Positions 24,201-32,858 of a DNA stretch of 64,000 bases are shown in pieces. Each line of letters opens with the position of its first letter. Position 1 is the stretch's first letter. The stretch covers positions 800,001 through 864,000 of the forward strand of contig BK006938.2 in the NCBI GenBank assembly GCA_000146045.2, read 5' to 3'. The notes under the pieces are model-generated. The model ran no database searches, was not told the DNA's origin, and saw only the letters and a program-made list of their open reading frames with translations. The position numbers and the translations under genes are program-made. This stretch comes from TPA_inf: Saccharomyces. Lineage: Eukaryota.

Positions 24201-25776
24201 CTATTATATCTTGCAAGTCTTTAGATGCACTTTTGAAAAATTGGCCAACTTTAAACAGAAATTTTTGTATGACTTAGAGACGACCCTTTTGAGTAGGCTA
24301 CCAAAGATGAATGTAAGAGAGATAGATGAAGCTATGCCTCTTATCTGGTCTGTTGCCACTCATCGTCATGATACTGCTAGAGTAGCTAAAGCATGTTCAT
24401 CCTGTCTTTCCCATTTACATCCATATATAAATAAGGCAAATAACGAGGAAGCTGCCATTGTAGTTGACGGAAAATTGCAAAGGCTGATATATTTATCCAC
24501 CGGTTTTGCCAGGTTCTGCTTTCCTAAACCCTCCAATGATAAAATTGCATTTTTACAAGAAGGTGAAACCCTGTATGAACATATTACCAAATGCCTACTT
24601 GTACTATCTAAAGACAAAATTACACACGTAATAAGAAGGGTTGCTGTGAAAAATCTCACTAAATTATGTGGAAATCATCCAAAACTATTCAATTCAAGAC
24701 ACGTTCTACATTTACTGGACAAAGAATTTCAGAGCGATCAGCTAGATATTAAACTAGTAATTCTAGAAAGTTTATATGATCTTTTTCTACTGGAAGAAAG
24801 GAAGTCAGTGAGAAACACTGGCGTTAATAGCACTTTGTCTTCGAACTCCATTTTGAAAAAGAAATTACTGAAAACGAATAGGGTAGAGTTTGCAAATGAT
24901 GGAGTATGTTCAGCGTTGGCTACTAGATTTTTAGACAATATTCTCCAACTATGTCTCCTACGTGATCTAAAGAATTCTCTCGTAGCTATTCGATTATTAA
25001 AGTTGATTTTGAAATTTGGTTACACAAATCCCTCTCATTCAATTCCAACTGTAATTGCTTTATTTGCCTCTACTAGCCAGTATATTCGTCATGTCGCCTA
25101 TGAGTTGTTAGAAGATCTTTTTGAGAAATACGAAACGCTAGTATTCAGTAGTTTATCTCGAGGGGTTACAAAAGCTATACATTATTCTATTCATACAGAT
25201 GAGAAGTATTATTACAAGCACGATCATTTTTTGTCTTTACTTGAAAAATTATGTGGAACTGGAAAAAAAAATGGCCCAAAGTTCTTTAAAGTTCTGAAGA
25301 GAATCATGCAATCCTATTTAGATGATATCACCGATTTAACATCAACAAATAGTAGTGTTCAAAAGTCCATTTTCGTTCTCTGCACTAACATTTCGAATAT
25401 CACATTTGTTTCTCAGTACGATTTGGTGTCCCTACTCAAAACCATTGATTTAACTACAGATAGATTAAAAGAGGTTATCATGGATGAAATAGGTGACAAT
25501 GTTTCATCGCTATCCGTATCAGAAGAAAAGCTCAGTGGAATAATTTTAATACAGTTAAGCTTACAGGATTTGGGTACTTATCTACTGCACTTATACGGGT
25601 TAAGGGATGATGTGCTTTTATTAGATATTGTAGAAGAATCAGAATTGAAGAACAAACAACTCCCTGCAAAGAAGCCGGATATCAGTAAGTTTTCCGCACA
25701 GTTGGAGAATATTGAACAGTATTCATCAAATGGCAAGCTTCTTACATATTTTAGAAAACACGTGAAGGATACGTAA
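21295..25776 (+). CDS. SCC2: Cohesin loader subunit Scc2 (NIPBL orthologue), 1493 aa, HEAT-repeat protein
   Basis: MSYPGKDKNIPGRIIEALEDLPLSYLVPKDGLAALVNAPMRVSLPFDKT… 1493 aa, matching Scc2's length. A long HEAT-repeat C-terminal half is present. Confidence 0.92.
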   Translation: MSYPGKDKNIPGRIIEALEDLPLSYLVPKDGLAALVNAPMRVSLPFDKTIFTSADDGRDVNINVLGTANSTTSSIKNEAEKERLVFKRPSNFTSSANSVDYVPTNFLEGLSPLAQSVLSTHKGLNDSINIEKKSEIVSRPEAKHKLESVTSNAGNLSFNDNSSNKKTKTSTGVTMTQANLAEQYLNDLKNILDIVGFDQNSAEIGNIEYWLQLPNKKFVLTTNCLTKLQMTIKNITDNPQLSNSIEITWLLRLLDVMVCNIKFSKSSLKMGLDDSMLRYIALLSTIVLFNIFLLGKNDSNLHRESYIMEPVNFLSDLIESLKILTIEYGSLKIEFDTFQEALELLPKYIRNGPFLDDNVTAKLVYIFSDLLMNNDIEATTNIQFQSFWDNVKRISSDILVSLFGSFDQQRGFIIEELLSHIEKLPTKRIQKKLRKVGNQNIYITDFTFTLMSMLENINCYSFCNQMKDIAPENIDLLKNEYKKQEEFLFNIVEHINDTILERFFKNPSALRYVIDNFVQDLLLLISSPQWPVTEKILSSLLKRLLSVYSPSMQVSANIETICLQLIGNIGSTIFDIKCSTRDHEDNNLIKMINYPETLPHFFKSFEECIAYNETIKCRRSATRFLWNLRLGTILILEEYTKDAKEQIITVDNELKKILEQIKDGGLGPELENREADFSTIKLDYFSILHAFELLNLYDPYLKLILSLLAKDKIKLRSTAIKCLSMLASKDKVILSNPMVKETIHRRLNDSSASVKDAILDLVSINSSYFEFYQQINNNYNDDSIMVRKHVLRINEKMYDETNDIVTKVYVIARILMKIEDEEDNIIDMARLILLNRWILKVHEVLDQPEKLKEISSSVLLVMSRVAIMNEKCSQLFDLFLNFYLLNKEAHSKEAYDKITHVLTILTDFLVQKIVELNSDDTNEKNSIVDKQNFLNLLAKFADSTVSFLTKDHITALYPYMVSDEKSDFHYYILQVFRCTFEKLANFKQKFLYDLETTLLSRLPKMNVREIDEAMPLIWSVATHRHDTARVAKACSSCLSHLHPYINKANNEEAAIVVDGKLQRLIYLSTGFARFCFPKPSNDKIAFLQEGETLYEHITKCLLVLSKDKITHVIRRVAVKNLTKLCGNHPKLFNSRHVLHLLDKEFQSDQLDIKLVILESLYDLFLLEERKSVRNTGVNSTLSSNSILKKKLLKTNRVEFANDGVCSALATRFLDNILQLCLLRDLKNSLVAIRLLKLILKFGYTNPSHSIPTVIALFASTSQYIRHVAYELLEDLFEKYETLVFSSLSRGVTKAIHYSIHTDEKYYYKHDHFLSLLEKLCGTGKKNGPKFFKVLKRIMQSYLDDITDLTSTNSSVQKSIFVLCTNISNITFVSQYDLVSLLKTIDLTTDRLKEVIMDEIGDNVSSLSVSEEKLSGIILIQLSLQDLGTYLLHLYGLRDDVLLLDIVEESELKNKQLPAKKPDISKFSAQLENIEQYSSNGKLLTYFRKHVKDT

Positions 25777-25909
25777 ATATATTGCACTTAAAATATACAT
25801 AGTATTAATAATCATTTTGCATTTTCCATGCTGATTTTTCACGCAGGTTTTGAGAAGCAACTATGAAATATTGAATTTCATTTACACCATCGCATTATAT
25901 TAGTTCAAA

Positions 25910-27355
25910 CTAAACCTTTTTTTTCTTGCGGACAGGCAAAATATTAATACCTGAGTTAGTTTTCATTCCATTGTGTGTTTTTACAAAGGTCTTTTCGTTA
26001 CAAGAGGGCACTATTGCTAAGTTTGGGTTGATATTGTTAATAATAGCACCCACATTCTCAGAAGACCTTTGTGAAATCTGAGATGCAGTGCAAGATGAAA
26101 TTGAACCTAAAGGTGCCTTCTCTGAAAGAGTTGGACTTATAGATGCAGCATTGTTCCTTAAGGCATTCATTTCTTTTGATTTGACAGTCTCTGTCACAGA
26201 TATTTCCTCCGCTTTAACATTCAGTTTCATAGACTTTTGTGTATCTTGCCTTATATCCCGAATGACTTCTGGTTCCACCTCCATCGTTAACGGGATGACT
26301 TCCCTTCTTCTTTTCACAGCAATTTGCGTTGATATTCGAGGAGCTTTCTTGAATTTTTTTGGATTTGTGGGAACTTTGTTTTTCCATGAATTTCTCTCTT
26401 TAGTGGAGGTTTTAATCAAATACGGTTTTCGGAGCGGCTCAGCTACGATAGCAAACCGTGTCATTCCCTTTTGTGATTGATGATCGCTCAGCAGTACTAT
26501 AATGGAACCACCGCATTGCTGCTCTCTCTTCTTTAGGCGTCTCTCCCTTATTTCCTCAACGGTTATTTTTTCTTCTTCTTCGTCAGAGGAGCTTGCGTAA
26601 TCTGGAATAAAAGTTCGATCGATTCGAGTATATATCTTGGGCCAATCTTTGCCACTAACCAATTTCAACAATGAATCACTTGAGGCTGGCCTTCTAGCTA
26701 AATTGCGGCTTTTTTTTTTCATAGATTCAAATTTATGTAACATTGAATCAATCAGCTCTTTAGTTTGGTAACGTTTAGTCTCCATTTCATTCTCGTCAGT
26801 GGGGTCATTTATTTTAGTAACCTTCTGTAATGTTACTTCCCAATTCAACATACCCAGTCTGTCTGAAATTAATGAAAGCCTGTCTGCTTCATTTTCACCA
26901 TTTACGATGTCCGATTGAATCATTCTATTTTCTTGCTTCAACATTTTCTTGTGGTAAGGCTGATACGTGCTATCAGGAAGCAAATCATCAGTTGGTTTTC
27001 TAATATTCTGGCTCAATTCATGATGTTCAATTTCTAGTGTCATCTTTGTAATTGTCTCTCTCTTTTTCTTGATCTCATCATCGACATTACTCATGAACGG
27101 CGACTTCATCACAGGTTTCTGACAACGCGTTTCGTCAACATGCTCATCTACAGTAAAGCAGGACTTAGATTTCCTTAGATGTCCAGCATTTGGGTTTATC
27201 CTGCTGACTAATCTTAACTTCCTTTTAGGGTTAATTTCGTATTCTTCTGTATCAAAATCGAATTTTTCAAATTCTCCATGACTATTTTTAATCTCAGACC
27301 TCAGCAATCTCTCAGAAGTATTATTTGCTTCTTCTATTGATTGAAAAATACCCAT
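25910..27355 (-). CDS. SAS4: SAS histone acetyltransferase complex subunit, 481 aa
   Basis: [56 protein letters not shown]… 481 aa, located between SCC2 and CDC1. Confidence 0.85.
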
Positions 27356-27581
27356 TGATGAACTCTCATATGCTTTTAATGCTGTAGAAATTTTCGGTTT
27401 TCCTTTTTAATCTTGCTACTTTTTGTTTTGAGATCGCTGAAATCAACTCGCGGGTTAGATTTTCTTATTTTTAAAAATGTAGAACGAACGATTATGGAAA
27501 CAACAATAACCAAAAAGAAAGGGAAAACAGTACCGCTTCTACTAATCTGTTGGATACATTAGACAATAAGCTCTAGGAAGT

Positions 27582-29057
27582 ATGGTATATCGTAACAGGT
27601 CAAAGAGCGTTTTATCTACACACAGCAAGAAGAGCGACGATAAGGCCCACTATAAATCACGTTCGAAAAAGAAATCAAAAAGCAGGAGCAAGAAGAGGTT
27701 AAGAATCTACTGGAGATACATATCTATTGTATGGATCTTATGGTTAGGATTAATATCTTATTATGAATCAGTGGTTGTGAAGAGAGCAATGAAGAAGTGC
27801 CAATGGTCGACTTGGGAGGATTGGCCTGAAGGCGCTGAAAGTCATAGGGTGGGTTTATTTGCAGACCCACAAATAATGGACGAATATTCATATCCTGGGA
27901 GGCCTCAAATAGTTAATTATTTTACAAGAGTGATTGTTGACCATTATCACAGGAGAAATTGGAAATATGTCCAGTATTACTTGGATCCTGATAGCAATTT
28001 TTTCCTAGGTGATCTATTTGATGGAGGGAGAAACTGGGATGATAAGCAATGGATTAAAGAGTACACACGATTCAACCAAATATTCCCCAAGAAGCCACTG
28101 AGAAGAACGGTCATGTCTTTACCAGGTAATCACGATATTGGTTTTGGAGACACAGTTGTTGAATCGAGTTTACAGAGATTTTCTAGTTACTTTGGAGAAA
28201 CTTCCTCCTCATTAGACGCTGGAAATCATACCTTTGTACTTTTAGATACAATTTCGCTTTCTGATAAAACAAATCCGAATGTCTCGAGGGTTCCTAGACA
28301 GTTTTTGGATAATTTTGCAATGGGTTCACATCCGCTTCCTAGAATTCTTTTAACTCACGTTCCATTATGGAGGGATCCAGAACAGCAAACGTGCGGTCAG
28401 CTACGTGAATCCAAAGAACCTTTTCCTATTCAGAAAGGGCACCAGTACCAGACAGTTATAGAAAACGATATATCACAAGAAATTTTAACGAAAATTCAAC
28501 CAGAAATATTATTTTCCGGGGATGATCATGACCATTGTCAGATATCACACTCATATCCGTTTCAGGGGAAAACTAAAAATGCTCAAGAAATTACAGTAAA
28601 GTCATGTGCAATGAACATGGGGATCAGTAGGCCTGCTATTCAATTGCTCTCCTTATATAATCCTTCAGATTTGACAATGGTAAATGCCGGCGGAGAGTAT
28701 GCATCAAAAACTTACCAAACAGAGCTATGCTATATGCCAGATCCCTATAAGGCAATCAGAATGTACCTATGGGGATTATTATTCTCTGCTGCCTTTATCG
28801 CATACATGCATTTTTTCCCAAAATCTTTTAATAATCGCGTAGCAACCATAATGAACAGAGTATTTACACGACCTGATGGTAACACCTCAGATTTGCCATT
28901 ACCTACAAGTATTTCCAAATCGAAATCCAAAAAATCATTGACACATAGTAAATACGCTGTGAATGATACGCGTTCGATCAAACAATTTCTAGTTAATGCA
29001 ATTGTCCTTTTTGTTTCTGTGATGCCCATTTTTATTTATTTTTATACTGTAGTCTAG
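27582..29057 (+). CDS. CDC1: Mn2+-dependent metallophosphoesterase of the ER (GPI-anchor lipid remodelling), 491 aa
   Basis: MVYRNRSKSVLSTHSKKSDDKAHYKSRSKKKSKSRSKKRLRIYWRYISIVWILWLG… with calcineurin-like phosphoesterase motifs (GDLFDGG, LPGNHD, THVPLWR) and C-terminal transmembrane segments. Confidence 0.9.
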   Translation: MVYRNRSKSVLSTHSKKSDDKAHYKSRSKKKSKSRSKKRLRIYWRYISIVWILWLGLISYYESVVVKRAMKKCQWSTWEDWPEGAESHRVGLFADPQIMDEYSYPGRPQIVNYFTRVIVDHYHRRNWKYVQYYLDPDSNFFLGDLFDGGRNWDDKQWIKEYTRFNQIFPKKPLRRTVMSLPGNHDIGFGDTVVESSLQRFSSYFGETSSSLDAGNHTFVLLDTISLSDKTNPNVSRVPRQFLDNFAMGSHPLPRILLTHVPLWRDPEQQTCGQLRESKEPFPIQKGHQYQTVIENDISQEILTKIQPEILFSGDDHDHCQISHSYPFQGKTKNAQEITVKSCAMNMGISRPAIQLLSLYNPSDLTMVNAGGEYASKTYQTELCYMPDPYKAIRMYLWGLLFSAAFIAYMHFFPKSFNNRVATIMNRVFTRPDGNTSDLPLPTSISKSKSKKSLTHSKYAVNDTRSIKQFLVNAIVLFVSVMPIFIYFYTVV

Positions 29058-29150
29058 ACAGAATTACTGCTATTCTCTTCCAGGATCAAAATGCTTTGAA
29101 GGGAAACGTCTGGCTATTTAATATATGCGAATACACCTTATATACAGACA

Positions 29151-29354
29151 ATGAACAAGAGATATAAATTATACCGGGTGTGGTATTACTATGCTCACCA
29201 AACAGTTTGCATAACCTCTACTGGATTTGCATTATGTTTTGTGGTCCAAGCTAAAACTGCAGGACTGGGCGTAACACCAATTACTTCACTATACGGGGAC
29301 AAAAAAGAACACCTAGGTAAGTTGTTGGTTCCTTTAGTTTTATATCAAATTTAG
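29151..29354 (+). CDS. YDR182W-A: Small ORF of 67 aa, possibly the short conserved ORF annotated between CDC1 and PLP1
   Basis: MNKRYKLYRVWYYYAHQTVCITSTGFALCFVVQAKTAGLGVTPITSLYGDKKEHLGKLLVPLVLYQI. Size and position match the small annotated ORF. I cannot judge coding potential from the sequence alone. Confidence 0.4.
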   Translation: MNKRYKLYRVWYYYAHQTVCITSTGFALCFVVQAKTAGLGVTPITSLYGDKKEHLGKLLVPLVLYQI

Positions 29355-29584
29355 CAAGTCATGACGGCAAATTTCTTTGTAAGCTTTGTTTAAAAGATGG
29401 ATACAAAAGGACGACTTTCCTTTCAATCTTTCGTTTTTGCTTTTTATTATTCCATAGCAATATAGTGATCATAGTAGTGTAATTTTTAGAGTTTAAAAAA
29501 CACGAAAGTAGGATGAAGTACAAAAGATTAACGAAAATACTCCATTCTCTTAACAACTCATACGTATATGAAGATTAAATTAAT

Positions 29585-30277
29585 ATGGAAGATAAATTAG
29601 ACAGATACTACACAAATGTGCTTTCAAATGCTGAAAAGGATAAACACACAACTGTCGATAGCGATGACAAAAGTAGTGGCGAGGAAAATTTAGATGAACT
29701 ACTTAATGAATTGGATAGAGAATTAGACGAGGATCATGAATTTTTGAGTGCTTATCGGTCGGAGAGGCTACAACAAATATCAGATCATTTAAAACAGGTC
29801 AAGAAGAATGTTGAGGATGACGGATACGGTAGATTGCAGTGCATTGATAACGAGGCAGATGCTATCCAAATATGTACAAAGACTACTATGGTGGTCATAC
29901 ATTTTGAATTAGAAACATTCGGTAAGTGCCAGTATATGAATGAAAAACTGGAAAACTTGGCAAAGAGGTATCTAACCACGAGATTTATTAAAGTAAACGT
30001 CCAAACATGTCCATTTTTGGTTAATAAACTGAATATTAAAGTACTTCCGTTTGTAGTTGGATACAAGAATGGCCTAGAAAAAGTTCGCTACGTAGGATTT
30101 AGTAAACTGGGAAATGACCCTAATGGGTTTGATATTAGGAGGCTAGAGCAATCTTTAGCCCATTCAGGTGTTATAGAAGACACATTCGAAATAAGAAAGC
30201 ATTCATCTGTGAATACGGAACGCTTCGCTTCTACAAATCATGATAGAAGTGAAAGTGATAGTGATTTAGATATATAA
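29585..30277 (+). CDS. PLP1: Phosducin-like protein (thioredoxin-fold), 230 aa
   Basis: MEDKLDRYYTNVLSNAEKDKHTTVDSDDKSSGEENLDELLNELDRELDED… with a thioredoxin-like C-terminal half (…VVIHFELETFGKCQYMNEKLENLAKRY…KVNVQTCPFLVNKLNIKVLPFVVGYKNG…). Confidence 0.88.
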   Translation: MEDKLDRYYTNVLSNAEKDKHTTVDSDDKSSGEENLDELLNELDRELDEDHEFLSAYRSERLQQISDHLKQVKKNVEDDGYGRLQCIDNEADAIQICTKTTMVVIHFELETFGKCQYMNEKLENLAKRYLTTRFIKVNVQTCPFLVNKLNIKVLPFVVGYKNGLEKVRYVGFSKLGNDPNGFDIRRLEQSLAHSGVIEDTFEIRKHSSVNTERFASTNHDRSESDSDLDI

Positions 30278-30628
30278 CTAAATAACCATTACCTCCCTAC
30301 TAAAAATGACTCGATGGTCTTTTAAGCCATACGCATGAGCGAAAATGGTTCCTCCTGTTCAAACTAAATCGGTTATTCGAGCGTACCGTTGAAAATTTAA
30401 TAAAACGTTTTGGGGGATTTATAGAAAGTTAAATACGAAATATGCGTATAGTAATGTTTATACATGAAACTCAAAAATGCGACTGTGTTCCTTAAAATAA
30501 TAAAAGTTGAGTACGAATAACGATGACTGAGAAAGGTAGTGTATATTGTATATAAAATTGGACCATCTTTGTAGTAAAGACAAAAAAACCAATAAATGCA
30601 GATAAACTTAGCAGAACTAACTCTAAAT

Positions 30629-31522
30629 TTAACTTTCCTTGGATGATTTTTCATTGAGTTTTTGAGTAAGTTCTAGGATTTGTTGCTTCAAGTCATCATT
30701 CTCAACCAATAAATGTGCTCTGTGAATTTCACTATCCTTTAAAGAGTCCATAGATTTTTTCAATTGAATACAAGATCTCGCGTAACCTTCTTTAATAAAA
30801 TTGAAATTGAGCAGCAATTTATGAGTATTAATTATTCTTGCCTTCATTTCCGAAATTTGACTTATTGTAAACTCATTTGTGAACTTAGCAGGCTTCGTTG
30901 CAGATACAATGTCTTGTCTTGCAGAATCTATTTTAGATGTTATATCAGTAATCATGGATTCTATTTTTAGGTGGGATTCATTAGCGTCGGATGAAGCTAA
31001 CGAAGATGAAGGTGATAGGGATGCAGGGGATAACATGGGTTCATTTGTGGTTTTCAAAAGGGATTTTTTCTTCTTGATGGTGGGTTTATCTATCTTATAG
31101 TTCTTTTGTTCTTTATCAGGTTTATGTACGTTATTTTGGTTTGTACTTTTATCTAATGATGCCTTGCCAGTATAACCCTTTTTATGCCTATCGAGATCAA
31201 TACCAACTAGGCTATCATTAGCACTTCTCTGCATTTCCAAAAGTGTGCTCGAATCGGTGTTGTGTTCATCGTTAAATAAAGATTCCAATGTTAGGTGTTT
31301 CTGAGAAGCGATGTCGGAATCAAAAATATCAGTGCAGTCTAAATTATCCATCATAACTTGTTCGAGATCCTTTCCCAAATCTAAACTCTGCCCATCAATC
31401 TTTACTGTATCATCAAAATGATTATTTGCCTGAGTGAGCAGCCGATGCAACGTATGTTCTATATTGGCATCATCTGTTAAATCTGTATTCGGATTGGACT
31501 GATTCGTGTTCATTATCTTCAC
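30629..31522 (-). CDS. ATC1: Nuclear protein Atc1/Lic4. The longest ORF is 297 aa. The annotated protein probably starts at the MNTNQ methionine at 31513, giving 294 aa.
   Basis: [60 protein letters not shown]… with a C-terminal coiled coil. Confidence 0.8.
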   Translation of the reverse strand: MKIMNTNQSNPNTDLTDDANIEHTLHRLLTQANNHFDDTVKIDGQSLDLGKDLEQVMMDNLDCTDIFDSDIASQKHLTLESLFNDEHNTDSSTLLEMQRSANDSLVGIDLDRHKKGYTGKASLDKSTNQNNVHKPDKEQKNYKIDKPTIKKKKSLLKTTNEPMLSPASLSPSSSLASSDANESHLKIESMITDITSKIDSARQDIVSATKPAKFTNEFTISQISEMKARIINTHKLLLNFNFIKEGYARSCIQLKKSMDSLKDSEIHRAHLLVENDDLKQQILELTQKLNEKSSKES

Positions 31523-31933
31523 GTTTTCCCTATCACAACCTTAGTGTAACTTGAACCAACAAAATTTAAGATGTCAAAACTTCAATCAAGTATTGAGCTC
31601 TTCAATAGGGCACTAGCCCTCTGAAATTTTTCATTGAAAATACCGTACCGCATGTTTTTTGGAAATTTTTCATCTCATCGCTAAAGTGGAAAAAAAAAAT
31701 TCTAGAAACTGAAAAAAAAGAGAAAAAAAAATGACAGAAAATATTTGATTTATATCAAGATGACACGAGTTTGCAAAAAGAGAAAGACACGCTATAGAAA
31801 CTATTTTGGCAAATTAATCTATTCACTTATTTTTGAGTTTCTGAGTGTAGTTATATGCAAAGAGGCTATAAATCCTTATTTTTTTGAGAAAAAATGCTTG
31901 AGAAAAAATGCTTGAGAAAAGATGTATTTTTTT

Positions 31934-32473
31934 TTATTCGTTAGCATTTTTCCAGATATCGTTGAACATTGCTAGAATACTATCAAACCCGACTTTCCCC
32001 TTCACCGCGTTATCACTAAAACGTTTAACGCCCCAGTTTTCTACTTTCTCACTAAAGGTTTTGGTCGGAACACCAGACAGAAACTTTGCATCCTGCTTGA
32101 AAAGAGTCACATTCGATGGATTTTTCGGATGAGGAACATAACGTACGGTTTCGTAACACTTCAAAATATGCGGGAAGGTCATATTGCAACTCCTCATAGT
32201 TAAAGATCTGTCCCTTCGATCAACGGTGGAGACCTCTCGCACGTATGCTAAATTAGTGTTCCCCACTAAAATGGACATCCAGTGAGGGGTGTTCTGACGT
32301 ATGGTTATCAGCCGTTCTGTAAGAAGTACATCGCCATGTTCTTTGAGCTCTCGGCGGAGCACATCGACTGCAATAACGTGTGTGGAGATCTTGTTTGGAT
32401 ATTTCATCCAGTTCGCCGTGGTGACTTTCTCCCATGGGTAATCGAATTCATAAGATTTTTGAAATGATTTCAT
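31934..32473 (-). CDS. UPS3: PRELI/MSF1-family mitochondrial intermembrane-space lipid-transfer protein, 179 aa
   Basis: [61 protein letters not shown]…, the typical PRELI domain N-terminus. Confidence 0.88.
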
Positions 32474-32858
32474 TATTAATATATAAGCTCGAGAGATATA
32501 TGACTAATAGAAATATTTACTTGAACTTGTCGATTAGAGAAAAGAAAATGCGTTGCTTGGACCGCAGATCCCACTTATTGTTTTCTTGCCAAATGTAACA
32601 AGATCTATAGGTTTATGAACTTTCTTCGAAAATCTCATTACTTTTTTTGATAAATAAACGGGCCCCTTGCGGACAAAGCCCTGAAAATTGAAGATTTACG
32701 CAGTATCACGTAAACCCAAAAAAAAAAATACAATATCGGTTAAAGTGCTGTTTTAATTTAGAATATATGTTTTACTAATCTATTTATAATCAAGTATATG
32801 TGTAATTTGGCTTTTTCCCTTGCCTTGTGCTTAACCTAGTTTTTTTCAGGTGATTATT

